A DNA stretch of 64,000 nucleotides. It comes from Candidatus Omnitrophota bacterium. Its GTDB lineage: Bacteria; Omnitrophota; Gorgyraeia; Gygaellales; Profunditerraquicolaceae. A program made the translations under genes and the position numbers. Shown piece by piece: positions 49,350 to 59,738 of the stretch. The stretch is from NCBI GenBank assembly GCA_041663665.1, contig JBAYMG010000001.1:1482-65481 (forward strand). Reading direction: 5' to 3'. The first letter of the stretch is position 1. Each line of letters starts with the position of its first letter. The notes under the pieces are model-generated. The model was not told where the DNA came from, made no database searches, and saw only the letters and a program-made list of their open reading frames with translations.

Positions 49350-50426
49350 ATGAAAAAAATATTGTTTGCTATCGGTTATTCAGCCCAGCTTGGGGGCGGC
49401 CAAAAAGTATTTGTAACTACTATTAAAGAGTTGTTAAAGATGGGTTGCCAGATTACTGTTATATTGCCTGATAAGTCTTTGGCCTCTTTTTTAAAATCGT
49501 TGGATATAAAAATTTATATCATAGATTTTCGTTCGATAAAATGCCTAGCCTCAATATGTAAAATATTAAAAGAGAGCGATTTTGATATTATTAATACTTA
49601 TCTACCCAAATGTAGCTTGCTTGTTTCGTTTGTTAATTTATTCTATCGCAGGCCTATTTGTTGTACTTTGCTTAATGCCATTATACATGAGAAGTTGAAT
49701 TGGTTTCAGAAGAATATTTATCCTTTATTATATTTTATCCTATCTAAGATGTGTGATGGGTTTATTGTAAATTCAGAGCACAATAAACAACATTTTATGA
49801 AAGTTTCCGGGATAGATGGTAATTTCATTAAAGTTATATATTCCGGAATTGATCTGGATGAATTTATGAATGTTCCTGAAGAAGTAAGGATGAAGGGTAA
49901 GCTCGTTTTAGGTTATGTTGGCCGGCTGTCACCTGAAAAAGGTCCTGATTACTTGTTAAAGTCTCTTGCTTATTTAAAAGATATTAATTATGAATGTTTA
50001 ATAGTTGGGGATGGTCCAATGAGGGGTGAGTTGGAGAAATATGCAGTAGTTAACGGGCTTGGAAGAAGGGTAAAATTTCTAGGCTACCAAGATGAGATTG
50101 CCCGGTTTATCAATAAGATGGATATTGTAGTAGTTCCTTCATTGAATGAAACGTTTGGATTGACTATTATTGAAACCTTTGCTTTAAAGAAGCCGGTAAT
50201 TGCATCTAATGTGGGTGGGATTCCGGAAGTAGTTATTCAAGGAGTGACTGGTTTTCTTTTTCCGGCAAAAGATCCTTTGGCTTTATCTGAGTGTGTGCTT
50301 CGCGCTTATAATAACAAAGAAGAAATTAAGGTAATGGGATCGCGGGCTTACGAATATGTTGTGCAGAACTTTTCAAGTTCAATTATGGCAAAAAATACGT
50401 TTGACTATCTTAAAACATTAGTATAA
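49350..50426 (+). CDS. family 4 (GT-B) glycosyltransferase
   Basis: GRLSPEKGPDYLL...PSLNETFGLTIIETFALKKPVIASNVGGIPEVV is the GT4 E-x7-E region. Confidence 0.75.
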   Translation: MKKILFAIGYSAQLGGGQKVFVTTIKELLKMGCQITVILPDKSLASFLKSLDIKIYIIDFRSIKCLASICKILKESDFDIINTYLPKCSLLVSFVNLFYRRPICCTLLNAIIHEKLNWFQKNIYPLLYFILSKMCDGFIVNSEHNKQHFMKVSGIDGNFIKVIYSGIDLDEFMNVPEEVRMKGKLVLGYVGRLSPEKGPDYLLKSLAYLKDINYECLIVGDGPMRGELEKYAVVNGLGRRVKFLGYQDEIARFINKMDIVVVPSLNETFGLTIIETFALKKPVIASNVGGIPEVVIQGVTGFLFPAKDPLALSECVLRAYNNKEEIKVMGSRAYEYVVQNFSSSIMAKNTFDYLKTLV

Positions 50427-50492
50427 TGGCGTATCTTGATAATTATTAAAGAAATTATAATTTGGTTAAATTGAATAACGGAGACTAATGTT

Positions 50493-51932
50493 ATGAAGAT
50501 ATTGATGTTGAATCCCCCATTTCTTCCTAAATTTTCGCGATTTTCCAGGAGCCCGGCAGTCACTAAAAGCGGAACAATTTATTATCCGATATGGCATGCC
50601 TATGCTACGGGTGTCTTGGAAAAGGAAGGGCATGAGGTGCGGTTAGTTGATGCTCCGGCAGAGAGGTTATCTAGAGAACAGTGTTATCAAATTGCCAAAG
50701 AATTTCAGCCCAAACTGGTTGTTATCTACACATCTACGCCAAGTATATATAATGATATTGAGATAGCCGGCCAGATTAAAGATTTATTAAAAGACAGCTT
50801 TATTGTTTTAACAGGCCCCCATGTTTCAGCTTTACCTGAAGAGTCTCTGAAAATAGATAAGAGGATAGACGCCATAGCGCGGCGTGAATACGATCAGACA
50901 TTAGTTGAATTAGCCGGAAAACTGGAAGCTAGGCAAAGTCTGATTGACCTTCGGGGGCTTACTTTACGGCTTGACCAAGAGATAAAATCAAATCCGGACA
51001 GAGAGTTGATTAATGATTTAGATTCTATTCCGTTTGTATCAGATGTTTATAAACGGCATTTAAAAATTGAAAACTATTTTTATGCTCACTGTAAGTATCC
51101 GGTAGTTTCTATATTTACTAGCCGGGGCTGCAATGCTCAATGTGATTACTGTGTTTATCCGCAGCAAATGTTTGGCAGACAGCAAAGACAAAGAATGCCT
51201 GAAAATATAGTTGCTGAATTTGAATATATTGAAAAAGAATTGCCTCAGATTAAAGAGGTGCTTATTGATGATGATACGTTTTCATTTAATCAAGAATATA
51301 TTATAAAATTTTGCCAGCTTATGCTACAAAAGAAAATTAAGCTTTCTTGGATTGTTGAGTGCCGTGCTAATTTAGGATATAAAACGATGGTGATGATGAA
51401 AAAAGCAGGGTGCCGGTTAATTGTTACCGGTTTTGAAAGCGCTGATAACCAAGTATTAAAGAATATTAAAAAAGGTCTGACGTTCGAAAGAATGAGGCAG
51501 TTTGTTCAGGATGCAAAGAAGGCGAAAATAGCTATTCATGCTTGTTTTATGGCTGGTAATAAGGGTGAAACAAAGGAAACATTGAAGAAATCTTTAAAAT
51601 TTGCCAAAGAAATTAATGCGGATACTTGTCAGTTTTTTCCCCTAATGGTTTATCCCGGTACGGAAGCTTATGATTGGGCAAAGACTAATAATTATTTAAC
51701 AACTGAAGATTTCAGGAATTGGTTAACTAGCGAGGGATTACATAATTGTGTAGTGAGCACTCCTGAGTTAAGTGCTAAAGAATTAGTCGATTTTTGCGAT
51801 CACGCAAGGAAGAATTATTATTTAAGCCTGAAATATATGGTGCATAAGTTTAAACAAGTATTATTTGTTCCGGGAGAATTTAAGAAAACTTTTAAATCTG
51901 CGAAAATATTTTTAAAATATTTGTTTCGTTAG
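50493..51932 (+). CDS. cobalamin-binding radical SAM enzyme (class B-like), 479 aa
   Basis: N-terminal B12-binding-like domain followed by the CxxxCxxC cluster motif (SRGCNAQCDYCVYP). Confidence 0.7.
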   Translation: MKILMLNPPFLPKFSRFSRSPAVTKSGTIYYPIWHAYATGVLEKEGHEVRLVDAPAERLSREQCYQIAKEFQPKLVVIYTSTPSIYNDIEIAGQIKDLLKDSFIVLTGPHVSALPEESLKIDKRIDAIARREYDQTLVELAGKLEARQSLIDLRGLTLRLDQEIKSNPDRELINDLDSIPFVSDVYKRHLKIENYFYAHCKYPVVSIFTSRGCNAQCDYCVYPQQMFGRQQRQRMPENIVAEFEYIEKELPQIKEVLIDDDTFSFNQEYIIKFCQLMLQKKIKLSWIVECRANLGYKTMVMMKKAGCRLIVTGFESADNQVLKNIKKGLTFERMRQFVQDAKKAKIAIHACFMAGNKGETKETLKKSLKFAKEINADTCQFFPLMVYPGTEAYDWAKTNNYLTTEDFRNWLTSEGLHNCVVSTPELSAKELVDFCDHARKNYYLSLKYMVHKFKQVLFVPGEFKKTFKSAKIFLKYLFR

Positions 51933-51948
51933 GTAATAAGGAGGTAGG

Positions 51949-53109
51949 TTGATTCTGCTTGAAATAACTTTTTGGTTTGGTTTATTTTTATTATTTTATT
52001 CCTATATTGGTTATCCTTTGGTACTTATGTTTTTAAATAAAGTACTGGTCCGTAAAATTGCACTTAAGACGGAAACAATGAGGCAATTAACCGTGAGCAT
52101 CCTTATTGCTGCTTACAATGAAGAAGCAGTAATAAGGGGCAAGTTAAATAATTGCTTAGCACTTAATTATCCTTTTGAGCTTCTAGAGATTTATGTTGCC
52201 TCTGATGGTTCTTTGGATAGAACCAATGAAATTGTTAAAGGTTACATTCTGAAAGATAAAAGAGTCAAGCTATTAGATTTTTCTAGAGTTGGCAAAGCCA
52301 ATGTTTTGAATCAGGCAATGCCCAATATAAAAAGCGAGATTGTAATTTTTTCGGATGCTAATACGGAATATCTGCCTGATGTATTAATAAATTTGGTTAA
52401 GCACTTTACGGATGAAAAAGTAGGTTGTGTTTGCGGAAGGCTAATTTATAGAAATCCCGGAGAAATTGTCAGCGGTAAGGGAGAGAGTGCCTATTGGCGC
52501 TATGAAACTACATTGAAGAAGATGGAAAGTAGGCTTGGATATGTTGCTGGGGCTAACGGCGCTATTTATGCAATTAGGAGAGAGTTGTTTGATTCGTTAC
52601 CCTCAAAAACAATTAATGATGATTTTATGATTTCTATGAAAATTGTTGAGAAAGGATTCAAATGCATTTACGATGAAAATGCAGTTGCCTTTGAATATGT
52701 TGCCCCGACTATTGGTGGGGAATTTAAGCGGCATATCCGCGATGGCGCTGGCCACTATCTTGCAATTGGAAATCTTTTAGGGCTTTTAAATCCTTTTTTA
52801 GGGATAAGGGCCTTTATTTTTTGGTCGCATCGTATTCTAAGGTGGCTGGCTCCATTCATTCTTATTGTTCTTTTGTTGGCCAATGTTTTTCTTGCTAGCT
52901 TAAATTTCTATCAACATGTTTTGTATTTACAGGTGTTATTTTATGTTTTAGCTATAAGTGGATTATTGTTGGTTAAATATAAAAAGATTCCATTTATATT
53001 ATATGTGCCATTTTATTTTTGTAGCCTTAATTTGGCTCTTCTTATCGGTTTTGTAAAGGTAATTTCAGGCAATCAGAAGGTAACGTGGGACAGAACCGAA
53101 AGATTATAA
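51949..53109 (+). CDS. membrane-embedded family 2 glycosyltransferase (processive/NodC-IcaA-like architecture)
   Basis: An N-terminal TM helix and C-terminal TM bundle flank a GT-A domain (SILIAAYNEE...ASDGSLD...SDANTEY). TTG start after an AAGGAGG ribosome-binding site. Confidence 0.6.
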   Translation: MILLEITFWFGLFLLFYSYIGYPLVLMFLNKVLVRKIALKTETMRQLTVSILIAAYNEEAVIRGKLNNCLALNYPFELLEIYVASDGSLDRTNEIVKGYILKDKRVKLLDFSRVGKANVLNQAMPNIKSEIVIFSDANTEYLPDVLINLVKHFTDEKVGCVCGRLIYRNPGEIVSGKGESAYWRYETTLKKMESRLGYVAGANGAIYAIRRELFDSLPSKTINDDFMISMKIVEKGFKCIYDENAVAFEYVAPTIGGEFKRHIRDGAGHYLAIGNLLGLLNPFLGIRAFIFWSHRILRWLAPFILIVLLLANVFLASLNFYQHVLYLQVLFYVLAISGLLLVKYKKIPFILYVPFYFCSLNLALLIGFVKVISGNQKVTWDRTERL

Positions 53110-53202
53110 AGATATAAGTTTCTTATGAAATAGTTAATTCCAATTATTTTAGTTAGATCTTGTCTTCTTTTCTGTCTATTGGTAATAGAAAGGAAGGCGA
53201 AG

Positions 53203-53484
53203 ATGAATGATAAAGAGATTTCGATAGAACTATTGGTAACTAAAATTTTGTTGGTGAGAGGTAAAAAAGAAGCGGTAGACGATATGCTCCATATGTCTTT
53301 ACAGAGCAAGGGGTTGCAATGCTCTCAGTAGTTTTGAATTCTGAACGACTTAGCCGAAAAACTCGATGAACTAAACCGTAAATATCAATTGCACGAAACT
53401 GATATTCAAGTAATATCCGAAGCAATTAAGAAATTACTTGAGCCTCCACCTGAACCGCCAAAACCACGCTTTGGATTAAATTAA
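53203..53484 (+). pseudogene. disrupted small ORF (~93 codons) with in-frame TAG (53329) and TGA (53335) inside a 414-bp gap
   Basis: [91 protein letters not shown] all lies in one frame and is preceded by an AAGGAAGG ribosome-binding site. Confidence 0.25.
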
Positions 53485-53523
53485 AAACTAGACGCGTCCC
53501 CTGATTTTTAGTATACTATTTCA

Positions 53524-54084
53524 ATGAAACGTATTATTGATTTAATCACCGCAGTTTTCCTATTGGTATGCTTGAGTTTACCGTTAATTGTGCTTGCCGT
53601 AATTATTAAATTGACCTCCCCTGGGCCGGTGTTATACTGGTCTGATCGCGTTGGAAAGAATAATCAGATATTTAAAATGTGTAAATTCCGTACAATGCGC
53701 ATGGATGCTCCGGCAGTTGCCACCCATCTTTTTAAGGACGCTGAGCATTATCTTACTTTCGTCGGTTCATTTTTACGTAAATTTAGTTTAGATGAACTGC
53801 CGCAATTGTTTAATATAGTATTAGGCAATATGACTTTTGTAGGGCCCCGGCCGGCATTGTTTAATCAGGATGATTTGATAACGTTAAGGACTCAAAAGAA
53901 GGTGCATTTTCTTACCCCGGGAGTTACCGGATGGGCGCAGATTAATGGTAGAGATGAGCTGCCGATTCCTGTAAAAGTTGAATTTGATGAATATTATTTA
54001 AAGAATAAAAGCTTATTTTTAGATGCAAAAATTATAATGCTCACAGTGTTTAAGGTTATAAAAAAAGAAGGCGTAGCTCATTAG
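53524..54084 (+). CDS. small monotopic phosphoglycosyl transferase (PglC/WbaP C-terminal-domain family), initiating enzyme
   Basis: Single N-terminal membrane helix followed by the bacterial sugar-transferase motifs (DELPQLFNVLxGxMSxVGPRP-like: DELPQLFNIVLGNMTFVGPRP). Confidence 0.75.
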   Translation: MKRIIDLITAVFLLVCLSLPLIVLAVIIKLTSPGPVLYWSDRVGKNNQIFKMCKFRTMRMDAPAVATHLFKDAEHYLTFVGSFLRKFSLDELPQLFNIVLGNMTFVGPRPALFNQDDLITLRTQKKVHFLTPGVTGWAQINGRDELPIPVKVEFDEYYLKNKSLFLDAKIIMLTVFKVIKKEGVAH

Positions 54085-54089
54085 TAATT

Positions 54090-55937
54090 ATGAAAAAAGC
54101 TTACAAGGCATTTATATTAAAATATCGCCGCTGGATTATTATATCTACGCATGTGTTTTTGGTGGCATTGTCTTACTATTTCTCTTTTGTTTTACGATTT
54201 GATTGTAATTTACCCGCCGATTATTTCAATGTTTTTATTAAAACATTGCCTTTCTTGCTACTGATTAAACTTTCAATTTTTTATTATTTTGGTTTATTCC
54301 GCGGGCTTTGGAAGTATGTCAGCATGTACGATCTTAAACAAATAATAAAAGCTAATATAATCGCTACTGTGGTTTTTATTTTGGGTGCTGTTTTTCTATA
54401 TGGAACTAGTATTATACCAAGGTTCATCTTTGTAAACGATTTCATTATCTGTTTATTTTTTATCGGCGGGATACGTTTTTTAACCCGCATTATCCGGGAG
54501 CGATACCGCTCTCCGCTTTTAAAAAATGAGCAGATTAATGTTCTTATTGTTGGGGCTGGTGAGGCTGGCATATTGCTTTTGAAAGAATATAAGCGTAACC
54601 CGGCGTTGGGAGAGGTGGTTGGTTTTATTGATGATGATAAATCAAAGCTGAATGAAGCTATCGAAGGGGTGCGGATTTTAGGGAATAGGAATGCTATTTC
54701 CAAGGTGGCTAAGGATTATGATGTAGATGAAATTGTTTTAGCTATTCCTTCAGCCAAGGGCGAGGTAGTTAGGGATTTAATTGCTTGCTGCAATGCGCCC
54801 AATATTAAGTTAAAAATTGTTCCGGGTTTAAGTAAAATCATTAGTGGCGAAATAAAGATAAACTTAAGAGAGGTAAGGCCCGAGGATCTTTTGGGCAGGG
54901 AAACCGTAAATATTGATGAGTGTCAGATAGCTAAATATTTAAAAGATAAGAAAGTGCTAGTTACCGGTGCTGCCGGCTCAATCGGTTCGGAGCTGTGCAG
55001 GCAGGTAGCTTTACGTTTCCATCCGGCAGAACTTATTTTAATTGATCATAATGAAAATAATCTTTATTTTTTAATACTTGAGCTTAAAGCTAAGTTTAAG
55101 GATTTAAACATCAAATCAGTTATCGGAGACATCACTGATATCGGCCTCTTAAAGAAAGTTTTTTCTGAATGCAAGCCTCAGGTAGTTTTTCACGCCGCAG
55201 CTTATAAGCATGTGCCGCTGATGGAGGAAAATCAGATATCCGCGGTAAGGAATAATGCTTTGGGTACCAGGAATATGATTTATGCAGCGCATCACTATAA
55301 GGTGGATAGATTTGTTTTGATTTCAACTGATAAAGCTGTAAATCCGGTAAATGTGATGGGATTAACTAAAAGATTAGCCGAAATATTCCTGCAGGCCAAA
55401 GCCCGGAACAGCAAAACTAAATTTATGGCAGTGCGTTTTGGCAATGTTTTGGGTTCTGACGGAAGCGTTGTGCCTTTATTTAAAAAACAAATAGAAGCCG
55501 GCGGGCCGATAACTATTACCCATCCGGATACTACGCGTTATTTTATGAGTATAAAAGAAGCCGTGCTTTTGGTGCTGCAGGCAGGAGCCATTGGAGTAGG
55601 CGGTGAGATATTTATTCTGGACATGGGAGAGCAAATTAAGATCCTTGATTTAGCCCGCGATTTAGTTTCGTTGTCCGGGTTAGAGCTGGGTAAAGATATT
55701 GGTTTAGAGTATATCGGTTTGCGCCCGGGAGAAAAAATCCGGGAGGAACTATTACTGGATAGGGAAAAGGACAAAGTTACAAAGCATAATAAGATTTATG
55801 TCAGCCAAGCTGATGAGCTTGATGTTGTTGCTTTAAGGAAACAAATGAAAGAATTAGAGGGGTATGTTAATTTAACAGATGTCGAGAAGGCTGTTAAGAA
55901 AATGAAAGAAATAGTCGGCAAAAGCCATGTTAAATAA
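54090..55937 (+). CDS. membrane-anchored UDP-HexNAc 4,6-dehydratase (PglF/CapD/WbpM family)
   Basis: Four N-terminal TM helices and two Rossmann domains (VLIVGAGEAG; VLVTGAAGSIGSEL...YKHVPLME). Confidence 0.8.
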   Translation: MKKAYKAFILKYRRWIIISTHVFLVALSYYFSFVLRFDCNLPADYFNVFIKTLPFLLLIKLSIFYYFGLFRGLWKYVSMYDLKQIIKANIIATVVFILGAVFLYGTSIIPRFIFVNDFIICLFFIGGIRFLTRIIRERYRSPLLKNEQINVLIVGAGEAGILLLKEYKRNPALGEVVGFIDDDKSKLNEAIEGVRILGNRNAISKVAKDYDVDEIVLAIPSAKGEVVRDLIACCNAPNIKLKIVPGLSKIISGEIKINLREVRPEDLLGRETVNIDECQIAKYLKDKKVLVTGAAGSIGSELCRQVALRFHPAELILIDHNENNLYFLILELKAKFKDLNIKSVIGDITDIGLLKKVFSECKPQVVFHAAAYKHVPLMEENQISAVRNNALGTRNMIYAAHHYKVDRFVLISTDKAVNPVNVMGLTKRLAEIFLQAKARNSKTKFMAVRFGNVLGSDGSVVPLFKKQIEAGGPITITHPDTTRYFMSIKEAVLLVLQAGAIGVGGEIFILDMGEQIKILDLARDLVSLSGLELGKDIGLEYIGLRPGEKIREELLLDREKDKVTKHNKIYVSQADELDVVALRKQMKELEGYVNLTDVEKAVKKMKEIVGKSHVK

Positions 55938-57195
55938 AGATAAGATTTTTTTATATCTAGATTGGGCAATAATCGCTTCTTTGTGTATTTTGTTTTTTTG
56001 CCTGCCATTTGCAAAGGCCGGAGCCGAAAGTTTTACTCTGCTTGCCTTTTTCTTATGGATAATAAAGAAGATATTAGGGTACCGCGTCGAGGCACTATGG
56101 GGGATGTTGCCTAGAACTGAATTAAACAAAGTTTTGGCGATATTTATCGCAGCTAACGCGTTATCAGTGATTTTTAGTTCTCATCTGGGTTTATCTTTGC
56201 GGGCATTTTTCGGTAAAGAATTGAAATTTCTAGCTATATATTTTATGTTGGTTGAAGTTATTAATAGTAAGAAACGCCTTAAAGTTGTTTTAATTACAGT
56301 TATTGTTTCTGCGCTATTGTTAGTTCTTGATGCCGGTGTGCAGTATTCTAGAGGATTAGATTTTTTAAGAGGTTTCCCGTTAAACCGGCTTACTGCTTCT
56401 TTTCAAACCGCGAACGGTTTTGCTGGTTGGTTAATTGTAGTTATTTTATTGTTTTTAGGCCTGTTAATTTCAGATAAAATTATAGGTAAGGGATTAAAGG
56501 TTCTATTATTAATGTTAATCCCGTTGTTAGGGGGTTGCTTATTAGGAACTTACGCGCGTGGTGCCTGGTTGGGTTTTGCAATCGGAGTTTTTTTCATAGT
56601 TGTATACGCTTTTAAAGGTTTTTCATTCAAAATTAAGTTATTATGCGTATCTATTAGTGTGTTTTTTTTAGCTACCTGTTTAATTTTTCCGCAGGCTTTG
56701 TTGTCTAGGGTTAAGGCTCTTGGCCGGATTAATTTTAAATCCAGCGAAACAGTTAATGCACGAGTAAAATCAACATTAAAAATTGATGCAGGCTCAACCC
56801 CGATTAGATTAAAGCTCTGGAAGGAAGCTTTGAGGATAACCAGGGATTATCCTCTCTTTGGCTGTGGATTAAATACTTATTCTAAAATTGGGCCAAAGTA
56901 CAAAAGTTTTGATTGGGGAGGAGTGTATCCGCATAATTCTTATTTGCAGATGTCAGCGGAAATTGGTTTAATCGGTTTATTTGCTTTTCTTTGGGTTTTG
57001 TTTAGTTTTTTTAAGGTAGGGCTGCGGCATTTTAACCAGAAAAAAGATTATCTGGCTTTGGGGCTTTTAGCCGGTATTTTAGCATTTTTAGTACATGCTT
57101 TTTTTGACACACATCTTTATTCTTTACAATTAGTAGTTTTATTTTGGTATATGCTTGGATTGACGGTTGCAGTGATTAAGCTAAATCTTGAATAA
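55927..57195 (+). CDS. O-antigen ligase family (Wzy_C domain) membrane protein
   Basis: 422 aa and polytopic, with a large periplasmic loop before the last TM helices, which is typical of WaaL or Wzy_C proteins. Confidence 0.5.
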   Translation: MLNKDKIFLYLDWAIIASLCILFFCLPFAKAGAESFTLLAFFLWIIKKILGYRVEALWGMLPRTELNKVLAIFIAANALSVIFSSHLGLSLRAFFGKELKFLAIYFMLVEVINSKKRLKVVLITVIVSALLLVLDAGVQYSRGLDFLRGFPLNRLTASFQTANGFAGWLIVVILLFLGLLISDKIIGKGLKVLLLMLIPLLGGCLLGTYARGAWLGFAIGVFFIVVYAFKGFSFKIKLLCVSISVFFLATCLIFPQALLSRVKALGRINFKSSETVNARVKSTLKIDAGSTPIRLKLWKEALRITRDYPLFGCGLNTYSKIGPKYKSFDWGGVYPHNSYLQMSAEIGLIGLFAFLWVLFSFFKVGLRHFNQKKDYLALGLLAGILAFLVHAFFDTHLYSLQLVVLFWYMLGLTVAVIKLNLE

Positions 57196-57226
57196 AGAGA
57201 TTATCTATGGTTTAAAAAAAAGTATT

Positions 57227-57955
57227 ATGAAAAAAATAAAACCGAATCATTTGCTTGAAGCAGTAGTTAATATTTTTGCCAATCTTCCAAGAGGTAAGGT
57301 ATTAGATTTAGGTTGTGGTGATGGAGATTATGCCAAGAGATTAAAAGATCTGGGTTTTGATGTTATTGCAGGCGATATCGATTTAGATAGGTTTAAATAT
57401 AGAAATGATATCGAATTTAAGCTTTGCGACATAACCAGGGAAATGCCGTTTGTTGCTAATTATTTTGATTATGTTTTATTAATGGAGGTCGTAGAGCATT
57501 TAAGAAATCCGTATATAGTTATTCCTGAGATTAATAGGATTATTAAGAATAACGGCTCCTTGGTTTTATCAACTCCTAATATATTAAATCTTAAATCAAG
57601 GTTTCGTTTTCTCTTTGAAGGTGCTTATGAGTATTTTAGAGAGCCGCCGTTAGATCAAGCGAAAAACAAAAAAGAAGTTATTTTTAATTTACATCTTGTC
57701 CCATATAGATATCAGGAATTAGAGTATTTATTGTCGGTGAGCGGATTTAAGGTTTATAAAATTTTTACTAGTATCTATGAATGGTTTGGTTTAGGGTTTG
57801 TTCTTCCAATTATTTTTTTCCAAGCCTGGATAAAAGAAAAGCGAGCAATAAAAAAAGGCGGTATAGATTATAAAAGAATAAATAAAAATTTATTATCCAA
57901 GGAGTTGCTTTTTGGCAGGCATTTAATTGTGCAGTCCAAGAAATATTCGGTTTAA
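57227..57955 (+). CDS. class I SAM-dependent methyltransferase
   Basis: VLDLGCGDGDYAKRL and DVIAGDID motifs. I chose the ATG at 57227; the tracker's TTG start at 57188 overlaps the preceding stop. Confidence 0.55.
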   Translation: MKKIKPNHLLEAVVNIFANLPRGKVLDLGCGDGDYAKRLKDLGFDVIAGDIDLDRFKYRNDIEFKLCDITREMPFVANYFDYVLLMEVVEHLRNPYIVIPEINRIIKNNGSLVLSTPNILNLKSRFRFLFEGAYEYFREPPLDQAKNKKEVIFNLHLVPYRYQELEYLLSVSGFKVYKIFTSIYEWFGLGFVLPIIFFQAWIKEKRAIKKGGIDYKRINKNLLSKELLFGRHLIVQSKKYSV

Positions 57956-57972
57956 AATTATCGGAGGCACTA

Positions 57973-58749
57973 ATGAAAGTTGTAATTTTAGCAGGCGGCA
58001 GGGGCACGCGGATTAGCGAGGAAACAGAGGTTTTACCAAAACCGATGGTTGAAATCGGCGGCAAGCCGATGCTTTGGCATATTATGAAGATATATTCCAG
58101 TTATGGATTTAATGAATTCATAATTTGCCTAGGCTATAAAGGTTACCTGGTAAAAGAATATTTTTCCCATTATCTTATGCATATGAGCGATATTACGATC
58201 GATTTATCTAAGAATAAAACTGAGATTCATTCTACTGTTTCTGAGCCTTGGAAGATAACTTTAGTAGACACGGGGTTAGATTCTATGACCGGCGGAAGGT
58301 TAAGAAGAGTTCAAAAATATATCGGCAATGAACCGTTTTTGCTTACCTATGGCGATGGTTTGTCGGATGTGAATATAGGCAAACTGGTTGATTTTCATAA
58401 AGAAAGTAATAATTTAGCTACTTTAACTGCAATACAGAATGCCGGAAGATTTGGCGTATTAGACCTGGATTCGAAAGCTAAAGTTACTTCGTTTCTTGAG
58501 AAGCCAAAAGATGAAAGCGGGTGGATTAACGGTGGATTTTTTGTTTTAGAGCCTAAGGTTTTTGATTTTATTCCTAATAGCGATTCTGTTGTTTGGGAGA
58601 GAGAGCCATTGGAAAATCTAGCTAAGCAGGGCAAGCTAAACGCTTTTAAACACAATGGTTCTTGGAGCTGCATGGATACTTTAAGAGATAAAATTGAATT
58701 GGAGCGGACTTGGCAATCCGGCCAGGCTTTCTGGAAAGTTTGGGAATGA
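57973..58749 (+). CDS. rfbF: glucose-1-phosphate cytidylyltransferase
   Basis: MKVVILAGGRGTRISEETEVLPKPMVEIGGKPMLWHIMKIYS is canonical RfbF/DdhA. GGAGG ribosome-binding site. Confidence 0.85.
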   Translation: MKVVILAGGRGTRISEETEVLPKPMVEIGGKPMLWHIMKIYSSYGFNEFIICLGYKGYLVKEYFSHYLMHMSDITIDLSKNKTEIHSTVSEPWKITLVDTGLDSMTGGRLRRVQKYIGNEPFLLTYGDGLSDVNIGKLVDFHKESNNLATLTAIQNAGRFGVLDLDSKAKVTSFLEKPKDESGWINGGFFVLEPKVFDFIPNSDSVVWEREPLENLAKQGKLNAFKHNGSWSCMDTLRDKIELERTWQSGQAFWKVWE

Positions 58750-59738
58750 TAACTATCAATAAAGAGTTTTGGAAGAATAAAAAGGTTCTGATAACTGGTT
58801 TTGAGGGTTTCTTGGGTTCGCATTTGACCAAAGTGATACTTAAGACCGGCGCTAAAGTTGTCGGTTTGGATATTAAAACCTGCCGTAAACAAACCATTTT
58901 TACTCCCCAAGATTATAAGAAAATAACTATTTTTAAAGGGAGCGTTGCAAATCGTAAGTTTGTTCGCGGTATCTTAGCTAAGCAGCCAATTAATATAATT
59001 TTTCATTTGGCTGCTGAAGCTATAGTCAGCCGGAGCCAAGAGAATCCTCTTGAGGCGTTTGAATCTAATATCTCCGGGACTTGGGAAGTTCTAGAAGCTG
59101 CGCGATTGAATAAAAATATTCTGGCGGTGATCGTTGCTTCAAGTGATAAAGCTTATGGCAGCCATAAAGTGCTTCCTTACCATGAAGATGCTCCGTTAAT
59201 TGCAAACCATCCTTATGATGTCTCTAAAAGCTGCGCGGATTTAATCGCTAAAACATATGCTCATACTTACGGTTTGCCGGTGGCAGTTACCCGCTGTGGT
59301 AACATTTATGGCCCGGGAGATTTTAATTTTAGCCGGTTAATACCTGATGCATTAAGATGTGTAGCTTTAAATAAAAAATTAGAGATACGCAGCGATGGGA
59401 AGTTTGTGCGTGATTATGTATATGTAGATGATATTGTCTCCGGTTATATTCAAATAGCCCAGGAGTTTAAACGGCGCAAGCTTTCCGGGGAAGCTTTTAA
59501 CCTAAGTGATGAGAAGCCGATAACCGTAATTAAATTGTTAAATGAACTTGAGAAATGTGCTTTTGGAGTAAAAAAATTAAATTATCAAATTATGAATACG
59601 GCTAAATATGAAATAAAGAAACAATATCTTGCCTCATCTAAGGCCAGAAAAATTTTGGGCTGGAAGCCTGAGTGCAGCTTAGAAGAAGGCCTTAAAAATA
59701 CAAGCAGATGGTACGCACAATATTTTAAACAAATATGA
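58746..59738 (+). CDS. rfbG: CDP-glucose 4,6-dehydratase
   Basis: VLITGFEGFLGSHL, SSDKAYG, YDVSKSCADLI, RCGNIYGPGD and RLIPDALR all match RfbG/DdhB. Confidence 0.8.
   Translation: MITINKEFWKNKKVLITGFEGFLGSHLTKVILKTGAKVVGLDIKTCRKQTIFTPQDYKKITIFKGSVANRKFVRGILAKQPINIIFHLAAEAIVSRSQENPLEAFESNISGTWEVLEAARLNKNILAVIVASSDKAYGSHKVLPYHEDAPLIANHPYDVSKSCADLIAKTYAHTYGLPVAVTRCGNIYGPGDFNFSRLIPDALRCVALNKKLEIRSDGKFVRDYVYVDDIVSGYIQIAQEFKRRKLSGEAFNLSDEKPITVIKLLNELEKCAFGVKKLNYQIMNTAKYEIKKQYLASSKARKILGWKPECSLEEGLKNTSRWYAQYFKQI

Noticed and set aside
58395-58910. 171-aa minus-strand ORF
   Set aside because: It is antisense to rfbF/rfbG, which both carry canonical motifs.
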